Virus record (IMG/VR): IMGVR_UViG_3300033069_001852
Length of the DNA stretch: 64,000 bases
Strand: one strand, 5' to 3'
Source: a virus
Taxonomy: Duplodnaviria; Caudoviricetes
Shown here: positions 10,184 to 19,272 of the stretch, piece by piece
Layout of the letters: each line of letters starts with the position of its first letter
How positions within the stretch are numbered: the stretch's first letter is position 1
Notes under the pieces: generated by a model
The model's database searches: none
Told to the model about the DNA's origin: nothing
Seen by the model: only the letters and a program-made list of their open reading frames with translations
Position numbers and translations under genes: made by a program

Positions 10184-11058
10184 ATAAATCAAATCTAAAA
10201 GAATTTGTCAAACGGACACTGGAAGCGATGGAAGACTTGACCAACATAAAAAAGAAACAATCTGGCGTCAGTCCCGATAAACTAAAACATTCTGGATGTC
10301 CGAAGTGTAAAAATCCAATGACCACATTGAATTCCACCAAACCGCCGATGTGGGGCTGCGACAAATGTAAACATACCTGGAAAGAAGCGGTCAATGAAAA
10401 CGACGAACCAATAAAAAGAGCATATTCTAAATACAAAGCGGTGTGTAGAAAATCCCCCTGGAAATTCGATGAAAAAAATATAGCTTCATTTGGAGTATTT
10501 AAAAAACACTACCTGAGTAAAAAAGACAAAGTAAATGAAGAGCACGGCGATGTCCATTATTGGGGTGCGCAACCAAAAGATAAAAATAGTAGTATCTCTA
10601 CGGGCTATAAAGGGACCGATCCGATAAAAACCCCTGTGACTGAGGCTGGTCAACCAAAAATGAGTCCTATGGATTTTGAGATTAAAAGGCGCGAAATCGA
10701 AAATATCCTTAATAAAGGCGGTCGACGCAACGCCGTCGTAGATTTTTTTGATCAAAAAGAAATTATAGACCTAACAGGCGATACGGATAAGGATGGCGCA
10801 ATTGTAATCCAACCAAACAAAGCTTTAGACATATATCGCGGGGGTATTTTTATCTACCCAACCCACTATGAGATTTTACTTAAACTTGTTGATGGTAAAA
10901 AGATTGATCTTCGTAAAGTAACGGATTGGGACCAGGTCAAGAAAACCATTCGTGGTTATAGCGGATTAAACGAATCCATCAATAACAAAGCGCTCCACCG
11001 ATTGGTTATCGAGGCGGCTAAAGAAGTCGTCGCGGAAAGTCGTAATAGGAAAAAATGA
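10180..11058 (+). CDS. Hypothetical protein, Zn ribbon, probable head-internal protein
   Basis: CPKC..CDKC; LKEFVKRTLE leader and repeated VNE/VTE/LNE segments. Confidence 0.55.
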   Translation: MNKSNLKEFVKRTLEAMEDLTNIKKKQSGVSPDKLKHSGCPKCKNPMTTLNSTKPPMWGCDKCKHTWKEAVNENDEPIKRAYSKYKAVCRKSPWKFDEKNIASFGVFKKHYLSKKDKVNEEHGDVHYWGAQPKDKNSSISTGYKGTDPIKTPVTEAGQPKMSPMDFEIKRREIENILNKGGRRNAVVDFFDQKEIIDLTGDTDKDGAIVIQPNKALDIYRGGIFIYPTHYEILLKLVDGKKIDLRKVTDWDQVKKTIRGYSGLNESINNKALHRLVIEAAKEVVAESRNRKK

Positions 11059-13271
11059 TACAATTCCGGATTTACAACAAACACCTTGACCAAAATCTCT
11101 GGAATGAGCAGAAAGAGCTTGATCCGGAGGTGCGGACTATTCTCCTGAAGATCGCTAAGGATTATTATGAGGGGAACAAAGAAATTGAAGGTGCGCTGGT
11201 CGACGCGTATATCGTCGGTTCCTCCGCAAATTACAATTGGACTCCGGATAGCGATATAGACTTACATCTGGTCGTTGACGCAAGTAAATTAGATTTGGAG
11301 GAGGAAACGGCCCGTTCATTATTCGAATTGATGGCCAATAAATGGAACCAAAATCACGCCATTAAAGTCAAAGGTCACAATCTTGAACTCTACATTCAGG
11401 ACATCAACCACAATGTGCGCTCTTCTGGAATTTATTCACTTACCACCGGCGAATGGGTAAAAGAACCCCATCCGGAAAAAGTGGAAATCGACGAAGAAAA
11501 TATTAAACAAAAATACCGGAATATGGTAGCCCGGATAGACAACGCCGTCCAGGAACAAAGCGTGGTCAAGATGAAGAAGGTGATGGAAGATTTACGGAAC
11601 CAACGCAACACCGGCCTTGCCCGCGCAGGTGAATTTAGCACGGAAAATATTGTTTTCAAGATGCTGCGTCGGTTTGGCAACATCGAAAAGTTAAAGAAGG
11701 CAACGCATCAGGTTTATGACCGGGAAATGACTCTGACGGAAGGCATTAAAAATCCCCACGATTTGATTATTGGTTACGTCACCCCCTCTTTAAAAGTAAA
11801 CGCAAAGGATTATTCCCAGATCAAGGGGCATACTGATTTTATTGATGTGAAGAGTTGGTATGGTGTCACCGCCTGGCGGTTCCGTCGTGATCTAAATTTA
11901 TTATTCTGGTGGAAACCGCATACGGGTGAGATTAGTCAAGATGAACGGGATACGGTCGTGGAATTTCTGGAACAGAAGTACAAAGCGCGTAACATCACTC
12001 AAAAATTTTTAGTTCCTGGGCCAGGTATGAATCAGGATAACTGGGACATTTCCCACGGCGTGAAAGAGACCCTTCAACAGGAGGAAGATGGGGGTCGGAT
12101 TAATCCCGATGATCTAATCGTTGGCTATATCGACAAAAATATGGAGATAAAATCCACCTCCAGTCGTATCGCCAAGACCCACGGACATTTCAGCGGTCAA
12201 TACTGGAATGGTCAGGATAGGACCATTGGCTGGCGCTTCCGCAAAGATTTAGGAGTATTATACTGGTGGGATGGTGACCCGGATGATCGTTCGGTGAGTA
12301 ATGCCGACCGGCTGGCGGTGTTAGATTACCTGCGTGAAAAATATCATTTCACGGGACCAATTCAACAAAAAATCATTACCATCGGTGATAACGATACCCG
12401 GGACGATAAACGAAGAGCCCACGGGGTGTTTGAAATGGCCGATTTACAGCTAAAAGGTAAAACTCCCTATGCGGGGGAAGTGCGGCTTAAAGATTTGCCG
12501 ATTGAAGCCGCCAAAGAAAACATTGTGGTTTTTCGCAACGACAAGGAAACCTTTTTCCCCGCCGGATTTACCTTGGTTTATTTCATGGATTCTGACCAAG
12601 CCGTTCAAGCCATTAAAACCGGCGGCATTCCCTACCTTATGGTGCCCCGTGGGACATTTTATTCCGGCGGCTCACCAATCACCGACATCTGGAAGAAAAA
12701 ATTTCAAAAACCAGGTACCGAACATATCATTGGTGTATTAGAAGGCGTAAGCAATGACCAGGAAATTTTCGTGGATATGCTTACCGTCCGGCCACATTGG
12801 CAAAGAAATCACGTCGCCACACGGATGCTTAATCAGTTAAAAACAATGTTCCCCAACGCACAAGTTAAAACTTCCGGCCAGACGGCGACCGGTGAAAAAT
12901 TTTTTAGTGCGCTGAAAGAAGAGGATACCAACCCTAATCGCAGCTTTACATGGATAACCGGATTAACCAACGACAATTTAGAATCGGTTTCCGAAAAATA
13001 TAGCGGGCACATCAACAATGTTACCCATCAAAAACTTCAAATAAAAAATTCGCAGAAATTTCCTACGGGGCATACAATTGCCTGGCGCTATGTTTATGAT
13101 GGCGACTTCATAAATTTTTGGAATTCACCCTCTGCCGATCAAACGGAAGAAATTTACTCCCACCTTAAACAAAAATACGGAATTACGCCCAAACGCAATG
13201 TCATCATACCGTCCCACAAACATATGTTTACGCCGCGGACAGATGAGCCGCTTGCGGAGCTTGCGGTTTAG
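11055..13271 (+). CDS. Multidomain protein: Pol-beta-type nucleotidyltransferase + three repeats of an unknown domain + GNAT acetyltransferase
   Basis: IVGSSANYNW..DSDIDLHL (GS...DxD) with a downstream ELY; repeats G......WR(F/Y)..D....(F/Y)W...L.QKY; VDMLTVRPHWQRNHVATRML (GNAT motif A) and QT..GEKFF. Confidence 0.75.
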   Translation: MIQFRIYNKHLDQNLWNEQKELDPEVRTILLKIAKDYYEGNKEIEGALVDAYIVGSSANYNWTPDSDIDLHLVVDASKLDLEEETARSLFELMANKWNQNHAIKVKGHNLELYIQDINHNVRSSGIYSLTTGEWVKEPHPEKVEIDEENIKQKYRNMVARIDNAVQEQSVVKMKKVMEDLRNQRNTGLARAGEFSTENIVFKMLRRFGNIEKLKKATHQVYDREMTLTEGIKNPHDLIIGYVTPSLKVNAKDYSQIKGHTDFIDVKSWYGVTAWRFRRDLNLLFWWKPHTGEISQDERDTVVEFLEQKYKARNITQKFLVPGPGMNQDNWDISHGVKETLQQEEDGGRINPDDLIVGYIDKNMEIKSTSSRIAKTHGHFSGQYWNGQDRTIGWRFRKDLGVLYWWDGDPDDRSVSNADRLAVLDYLREKYHFTGPIQQKIITIGDNDTRDDKRRAHGVFEMADLQLKGKTPYAGEVRLKDLPIEAAKENIVVFRNDKETFFPAGFTLVYFMDSDQAVQAIKTGGIPYLMVPRGTFYSGGSPITDIWKKKFQKPGTEHIIGVLEGVSNDQEIFVDMLTVRPHWQRNHVATRMLNQLKTMFPNAQVKTSGQTATGEKFFSALKEEDTNPNRSFTWITGLTNDNLESVSEKYSGHINNVTHQKLQIKNSQKFPTGHTIAWRYVYDGDFINFWNSPSADQTEEIYSHLKQKYGITPKRNVIIPSHKHMFTPRTDEPLAELAV

Positions 13272-14838
13272 TTGAGTGCCAAACCCACTTGGTATTGCCA
13301 CAATCCCAGATTCGGTCAAACCCAGCCGCCTGCATGTTCCCCCACTCCGTCAACGCAGGGTTAAAATTACTTAACACCTTTTTCAATTTGTGTTTTTGAA
13401 ATGACATACGATTTTTCGAAGTGGCATAATTGCCCATAATGTAGAAATAATTTGGGCTAGTATTATGCGAAAACAAGAATCCTAATTGAACGTATAAATT
13501 TCCTGTAAAAAATCGCCTGTCGCTGTAAGAGACGATGCTTTTCGGTTTAAAATTATTGATAAAGTGATTAAATAATTTACCGGCACTGCCAATGACACTG
13601 GTATCCAATTTATTACAGAACCTAGACATCTCCCACTCCACTTTCTTATCAAACCGGGATTTGCAAAATGTCATTAACGATACCAATTCATTTTTACTAT
13701 ATAAACCAAACCGAAGGGACGATATATCCTTTCCCTGTAAATGATTGTTTACAAGAAATAAATCACTTTCATTTTTTGGAACCGGACGGATAACGCATTT
13801 TCGCCCAAAAACTTTTTGGTTTTGATGGCGGGAAAAAAGATTCTTTAAAATAGATTTTATGATCGATTGTTTAAATTTCCATTCGTCTTCCCATATCTGT
13901 AACAACCTAATGCCATTCAACAAACAACGTTTCATTTTATTTAAATGGTATACCTTATTTTTTCCGCCAATACACTCACTGTGCCAATATAACCCATTAC
14001 ACTCAATGGCTAGTTTGAGTTTTGGAATATAGATATCCAATTCTTTTGGACTTAAAATTGTTCTATCATCAATGGCAATGTCAATCTCCGGTCCCAACAA
14101 TTCCGTGACATAATCCACGATTTCTTTTTGGAAAAATGACATGCCATTTTTATCACACGTTGGACATATCGGCCCCTTTCCATTGCTGATGAAATATTCC
14201 GACTTGTAATTACACCGTTTACACTTAAACGGATATTTTTTATTAAACGCCTTTGTAACTCCGGAGTACTCATCTAAACCGAACAGAGGTTCAAAATTTA
14301 CGAACCGCTCGTGATCCATAAATTTAGAAAACATATTTTTGTTATGGACCAATTTAAACTGTCGTGTTTTGGAGGGGTGATCGACTCCGTATTTCCTTAT
14401 ACAGGTATTTTGACTTTTCAAACGATATGCTTCAGTATTTAGAAAACTGGAAACGCCATACTTTTCCAAACATGTCTCTTTGGTTTGTTCTTTATTGTTA
14501 TAATTTTCGTCACCGTATCTGGCCGATAGTGTTTTCTTGGTTTTATCCTTATGATCGGACATTTTCCCAGGATGATCCACCCCATGTTTATTCAACATCG
14601 ACTGTTTGAACCTTTCTTGGGTTTGTGTAGTTTGCATGGGATGATGGCCACCATAACGAAGATCGTGAATTTCTTTTTGACTAGCCGCCATTTTCGCCAA
14701 TGTATCAGGATGTTTCTGTGCACATGCCTTACTACAGAACCGTTGGACATTTCGCTTGTAGAAGGATACGGAAAATGTTTTTTGGCAAGTTAGACATGTT
14801 TTTTCAACAAAGTCAGGATTTAGTTTTGGTCGCCCCAT
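13228..14838 (-). CDS. Hef-like homing endonuclease (KYGV repeats + PD-(D/E)XK) with C-terminal Mom-like GNAT domain
   Basis: KYGVDHP repeats; ELDIYIP..KLAIECNGLYWHS, IWEDEW; C-terminal NHLQG, ELVSLMTF, WEMSRFC, IVSYSDRR..G.LY..LGF, RIWDCG. Confidence 0.8.
   Translation of the reverse strand: MGRPKLNPDFVEKTCLTCQKTFSVSFYKRNVQRFCSKACAQKHPDTLAKMAASQKEIHDLRYGGHHPMQTTQTQERFKQSMLNKHGVDHPGKMSDHKDKTKKTLSARYGDENYNNKEQTKETCLEKYGVSSFLNTEAYRLKSQNTCIRKYGVDHPSKTRQFKLVHNKNMFSKFMDHERFVNFEPLFGLDEYSGVTKAFNKKYPFKCKRCNYKSEYFISNGKGPICPTCDKNGMSFFQKEIVDYVTELLGPEIDIAIDDRTILSPKELDIYIPKLKLAIECNGLYWHSECIGGKNKVYHLNKMKRCLLNGIRLLQIWEDEWKFKQSIIKSILKNLFSRHQNQKVFGRKCVIRPVPKNESDLFLVNNHLQGKDISSLRFGLYSKNELVSLMTFCKSRFDKKVEWEMSRFCNKLDTSVIGSAGKLFNHFINNFKPKSIVSYSDRRFFTGNLYVQLGFLFSHNTSPNYFYIMGNYATSKNRMSFQKHKLKKVLSNFNPALTEWGNMQAAGFDRIWDCGNTKWVWHSTKPQAPQAAHLSAA
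14456..14493 (-). repeat. 38-bp perfect inverted repeat, copy 2 (partner 8150-8187)
   Basis: Exact reverse complement of 8150-8187. Confidence 0.9.
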
Positions 14839-14915
14839 ATAATATTCTTTCTGTTCAAATGTGTCTATCTATATATAGATTATCCAAAGGGATACGACAA
14901 TATTTTATATTCGGA

Positions 14916-14923
14916 TATTTATT
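14916..14923 (+). promoter_or_regulatory. Putative late promoter TATTTATT (tail tube)
   Basis: Recurrent motif. Confidence 0.65.
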
Positions 14924-14962
14924 AACTAAGGATGACAAACATTCAAAACAAAGGAAAATTTT

Positions 14963-15454
14963 ATGACCGAACTAATTAATCCAAATGAGATATTCTGGAC
15001 TGCCTTCGAACCAAAAGTGAAGAACAGGTTCATTATGTATCTTGACGGTGTCCCCGCTTTCACTATTCGTAAGACTGACCGCCCAAAGGTACAGAGCGAA
15101 AAGAAAGCTCTGGACCACATCAACACCCAGCGTTATTACAAGGGCAAGACCACTTGGCAAGATATGACGATGGAACTTTACGACCCTATTGTCCCGTCCG
15201 CCGCGCAAGCCGTGATGGAATGGATTCGGCTTTCTCACGAAAGCGTAACGGGCCGCGATGGTTATCAGGACTTCTACAAGAAGGATGTCACCATCAACGT
15301 TTTGGGTCCCGTCGGTGATAAAGTGGAAGAGTGGGTTCTCAAAGGGGCCTTCCCGATTGCCGCAGACTTTCAAGATGTTGATTGGCAGGACAGCGGCGAT
15401 CCACTGGGCATTACGGTCACCCTCAGTATTGACTACGCAATTCTACAATACTGA
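14963..15454 (+). CDS. Tail tube protein (T4 gp19-like)
   Basis: FEPK..NRF, GKTTW, LYDPI.PS.AQAVMEW, GRDGY..FYKKD, GD.VEEW.LKGAFP, LSIDYA; 163 aa. Confidence 0.92.
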   Translation: MTELINPNEIFWTAFEPKVKNRFIMYLDGVPAFTIRKTDRPKVQSEKKALDHINTQRYYKGKTTWQDMTMELYDPIVPSAAQAVMEWIRLSHESVTGRDGYQDFYKKDVTINVLGPVGDKVEEWVLKGAFPIAADFQDVDWQDSGDPLGITVTLSIDYAILQY

Positions 15455-15483
15455 TATCCAATAAACACGGATATTTCAAATTT

Positions 15484-15520
15484 CTCCTTACTACTAAACC
15501 TGGTAAGGAGATTTTTATTT
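15484..15520 (+). terminator. Intrinsic terminator after tail tube
   Basis: CTCCTTAC...GTAAGGAG stem followed by ATTTTTATTT. Confidence 0.65.
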
Positions 15521-15545
15521 ATGCGCATCCAATCCGCGGGAGTTA

Positions 15546-15553
15546 TATTTATT
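15546..15553 (+). promoter_or_regulatory. Putative late promoter TATTTATT (ART-like array)
   Basis: Between the tube terminator and ATG 15570. Confidence 0.65.
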
Positions 15554-15569
15554 CTCATACTCTAGTCTT

Positions 15570-16580
15570 ATGTCCATTATTAGATTAAAACCGATAGTTG
15601 AAGCTACCTTGTCTGAAAAAACTGCTTTTGGCAGTCGCTCTGGCCAGAAATCCCTTCGCCGGTTTGAGGTTAAATCGGAAGTTTTCCAACGGCTTTTAAA
15701 TGGACCTTTCAAAAACTATTCCCACCGTGAGCTACCGGAATATGAAAAAATATATCGGCTCGCTGAAAAACGCCGTAGCAAATCCAGAGGCGCTCCTGTG
15801 GAATATGAAATCATTGTGCCCCGTAAATCAGAACGCAGCTCAAAGGATTCCTGGAATACCTACACGGTATTGTTGAGTAAATTGCCTAGTTGGGCCGGCT
15901 GGCCCAAGCGTTCCCATTCCGTGATATTTTTCGTTGGGTCGATTAAGACGGATACCCAGTATGGGAGTCATATTTATAGGCTTATCCCCAAGAACGGGGC
16001 GAAAATTGCGGTGTCCACTCACCACGACATTTTAGAGCCGCCCGCCTGGCCTCACATGCGCCAACTCTTGTCCCGGAATGGTCAATTCATTGATATCACC
16101 GTGCTTTGTCAATTACTTGGTCGCATGATCAGTTGGGCGCAGGTGGCTAAAAAATATAAAGACAAAGCTCCGAACGTGTTCGGCAGCGACTTAAATGACC
16201 TTAAATCTCAAAATTTAAATAATTGGGTTATGAATGTGCGGTTAGAAAATTATGCTAAACTCATAAAACTTTTGGATGCTTCCCTAAACCAAAAAACCCT
16301 GCCCCAAATTAAAAACGCCTTGGACAGCGCTTTTACCAACTCCCCGTTGGGGGAATGGCAAAAAAATAGATTCTTGGAGTATAAGGAAACTTTTGAATTT
16401 TATGCTAATTTGGTGGAGAAATATGGCGGCTGGGAAAACTTATTGAGTGAAGCGTTGGATCCGGTTAAAAATGGTTTCGAACTGATGACGGCAGAGAATG
16501 TCCGCCCCAACCATAATAAATCGTGTGAGGCCTGGACCGATGACGCGTGTTTGATGAAATATGACAAGGGGAATTTTTAA
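15570..16580 (+). CDS. ADP-ribosyltransferase-fold paralogue 1 (divergent)
   Basis: Shares LPSW..WPKRS.S, YG, P.NGAKI, L.P..NGF and EAWTD with the next three ORFs; has IYRL in place of YRG and lacks the central Ser. Confidence 0.5.
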   Translation: MSIIRLKPIVEATLSEKTAFGSRSGQKSLRRFEVKSEVFQRLLNGPFKNYSHRELPEYEKIYRLAEKRRSKSRGAPVEYEIIVPRKSERSSKDSWNTYTVLLSKLPSWAGWPKRSHSVIFFVGSIKTDTQYGSHIYRLIPKNGAKIAVSTHHDILEPPAWPHMRQLLSRNGQFIDITVLCQLLGRMISWAQVAKKYKDKAPNVFGSDLNDLKSQNLNNWVMNVRLENYAKLIKLLDASLNQKTLPQIKNALDSAFTNSPLGEWQKNRFLEYKETFEFYANLVEKYGGWENLLSEALDPVKNGFELMTAENVRPNHNKSCEAWTDDACLMKYDKGNF

Positions 16581-17455
16581 TGTTAAAACTGTCCAACATT
16601 TTGACGGAGACGACCAGACGGAGCCAGAAGATTCGCAAACCCATCTTTATGAATGCTTTGGTCCGGGGTCAATTCTCTTCTGCTTATAACAAAATGTTGG
16701 AGGGACGGAGGATCTATCGGGGCATAACCGGTAGTGCGGAATGGCCTTATTGGATTGTCAAACCAGGCTCCGCGGAGCGCAAATCACGCAATACTTCCAA
16801 TTTTTATACCGGCTTGATTGATAACTTACCAAGTTGGAAAAACTACCCCAAACGCAGCCGTAGTATCATATGTTCTACCGGACGTGGTGGAGCAGCTTCG
16901 TTTGGTAATGTTCTGGATGTCTTTCCAAAAAATGGAGCCAAAATTGGCATTTGTTCAGCGGAAGATTTCTGGTTATCCTTCCCGGCCACCCACACGCGGC
17001 TTGATCTTCAGGACATGTCCTATTTCAACGCGTATTTCATTTCTATTTTTTACCAAGCCTCTCACAAGCTTTCGCATCTAGCCTCCGAACTGACGGATAA
17101 AACTTATCCCGCATTTATCAAGCTTGCGAATGAGTTGATTAACAAAGAAAAATACATTGAAACGATTAACATTCAGAGGTCGGTAGACCGTTTACCTTAC
17201 GGCGTATCTTCGGATATGTTGGTGAAGGATGTCCGGTTTAATTTTAACAACGATTGGGAAAAATACTTTGATGAATTGTTGAATCCTGAAATTAACGGCT
17301 TTGTGATTACTACGATTGAAGATTACCAAATACCAACCGATTCCGCCAGCGACATCGAAATTTGGACAGACGCACCTTCACTAATGATTAGCCATCACCA
17401 TCAACAGGAATTATTTTCCTCCGATCTTGCGGCTCGGCCTGGAGGCACGATATGA
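16580..17455 (+). CDS. ADP-ribosyltransferase-fold paralogue 2
   Basis: IYRG ... SIICSTGRGGAASFG ... DIEIWTD gives an R-S-E-like triad; MLKLSNILTE leader. Confidence 0.6.
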   Translation: MLKLSNILTETTRRSQKIRKPIFMNALVRGQFSSAYNKMLEGRRIYRGITGSAEWPYWIVKPGSAERKSRNTSNFYTGLIDNLPSWKNYPKRSRSIICSTGRGGAASFGNVLDVFPKNGAKIGICSAEDFWLSFPATHTRLDLQDMSYFNAYFISIFYQASHKLSHLASELTDKTYPAFIKLANELINKEKYIETINIQRSVDRLPYGVSSDMLVKDVRFNFNNDWEKYFDELLNPEINGFVITTIEDYQIPTDSASDIEIWTDAPSLMISHHHQQELFSSDLAARPGGTI

Positions 17456-18429
17456 TAAAACTCTCTTACTTGTTAATGGAAGATGAGAATGAGCGTGATC
17501 CCAGCTTGAGGAAGTCTCGGGAAATCCCGGTCACTGCCGCCATTAACATCTTACGCACCCAGTGTACGGAAGCGGTAAAACTATTCAGTGAGCACCCAGC
17601 GGGAACCGGTTTATACCGTGGTTATCGGAGTGATAATTATTGTTTGGAAATTGACCCAACAACCCGGGAACGAACGGGCAGCCGCAACTTATATAACGCA
17701 TTAACTTCCATTTTACCGTCCTGGTCAGAATTCCCCCAGCGTAGCCATTCCGTGATGTTCAGTCCGACTCCGGAAATCGCCAAGGTTTATGGTAAAATTT
17801 ATTGGTTATTTCCTTTTGACCAATCGTCGATTGCGCATTGTAATAACCGTGATTGTTGGTATTCTTTTGAATACGCTACCAAGAGGCTCGGTAGGGGGAT
17901 TAGCAGTATTGATTATGTCATGGATTTATTTTCAATACTGATCGCATATTCAGTGATTTCAACACGGAAAGATATTGATGGGAATTATTATTTCAATACT
18001 AAAGTGGGCAAGCATTTCACCAAACGTGAATATACGGTTTCAAATGCGCAAGCCTTGTTGAAAGAGATGAAACGTATTACTCCCGCAATTTTAAAGCTTT
18101 GTCAGAAAGAAATTGACAAACCAAAAAAGGATTTTGAAATCGTCGGCATATGCGGGGATATCCTTAAAAATTTTAAAGGGGATTGGGTGGAATACTTCGA
18201 TTTACTATTAAGTCCGGAAAACAATAAAATAGGTTTGACAACTATTTCCGAAACCGTGAAGTTTCCCCGGGTGGAAATGTGGACGACCGGAAAATGTATT
18301 ATGGTTAACCCCCAGACCGATTTTAACTTTTACAACCTTGGCGACACTTCAATCTGCGGCACATTTTTTAAACATAATATTCAGGTGGCGAAAACCGCCG
18401 GTGCCATCCACCTAATGGGGATTCCATGA
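17452..18429 (+). CDS. ADP-ribosyltransferase-fold paralogue 3
   Basis: LYRG ... SVMFSPTPEIAKVYG ... VEMWT; MIKLSYLLME leader. Confidence 0.6.
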   Translation: MIKLSYLLMEDENERDPSLRKSREIPVTAAINILRTQCTEAVKLFSEHPAGTGLYRGYRSDNYCLEIDPTTRERTGSRNLYNALTSILPSWSEFPQRSHSVMFSPTPEIAKVYGKIYWLFPFDQSSIAHCNNRDCWYSFEYATKRLGRGISSIDYVMDLFSILIAYSVISTRKDIDGNYYFNTKVGKHFTKREYTVSNAQALLKEMKRITPAILKLCQKEIDKPKKDFEIVGICGDILKNFKGDWVEYFDLLLSPENNKIGLTTISETVKFPRVEMWTTGKCIMVNPQTDFNFYNLGDTSICGTFFKHNIQVAKTAGAIHLMGIP

Positions 18430-19253
18430 TAAAACTTTCTCAACTATTGAATGAGTCGGATAATGTGGCAGGCGGCCCCCGGACAAAACAGATCGCCAGT
18501 GCCGCAGCAGGACAGAAACTTCTGATCCATAAAGCTTCAGCCGCTCTAGAAGCTGCCCGCCGGGATTGTGGAATTTACCGTGGGGTGAAAACCCTACCCA
18601 ATGAATATGCGGCCTACCGTTTTGTCCGGCCCGCTAAAGCTTATCGCATGGCTAAAAACACAACCAATTTTACCAATGCGGTGTTGGATGTTATTCCAAG
18701 CTGGAAGTCTTGGCCCAAGCGCAGTCAGAGCATCGTCTGTTCCAATGCGCCCGACCGCGCCGGCGGCTATGGTATAACCTTTGGGGTTTTTCCTTTTAAC
18801 GGAGCTAAGATCGGAATCAGTTCCGATGCGGATTTCTGGATGTCTTTCGAAAGGTTAAATGATCGTTTGGGTTGGGATGTCGCCACCTTCAACGATCAGA
18901 TGGCCATTGCCCTAGAGGGGATAGGGATATATGAAGATTTGGAGCGGATACTACCGCGGGGAATACAAAAAATCTTTAATCACATTGACAGCAAATTTAT
19001 ATTGTACCCCAATTTTTTCGAAAACCTTTTTGCTTCAAGTTCCTATCGCAGCCGTGACCCTATATTAAAGGACATGGCCAAATATATGACTGAAGGCGCA
19101 GAGAAATATTTTGACGAATTACTAAATCCTGAGGCGAACGGTTTTAAATTAGTCACCATTGAAGAATACGATTTGAGTCAGTATCCAGCAATGGAGGTCT
19201 GGACCGATAGTCCGGCTCTATTAATTGATCGCAAGGTGGTGGCTTTACCTTAA
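18426..19253 (+). CDS. ADP-ribosyltransferase-fold paralogue 4
   Basis: IYRG ... SIVCSNAPDRAGGYG ... MEVWTD; MIKLSQLLNE leader. Confidence 0.6.
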   Translation: MIKLSQLLNESDNVAGGPRTKQIASAAAGQKLLIHKASAALEAARRDCGIYRGVKTLPNEYAAYRFVRPAKAYRMAKNTTNFTNAVLDVIPSWKSWPKRSQSIVCSNAPDRAGGYGITFGVFPFNGAKIGISSDADFWMSFERLNDRLGWDVATFNDQMAIALEGIGIYEDLERILPRGIQKIFNHIDSKFILYPNFFENLFASSSYRSRDPILKDMAKYMTEGAEKYFDELLNPEANGFKLVTIEEYDLSQYPAMEVWTDSPALLIDRKVVALP

Positions 19254-19272
19254 TATTTGTATATTTATGTCT

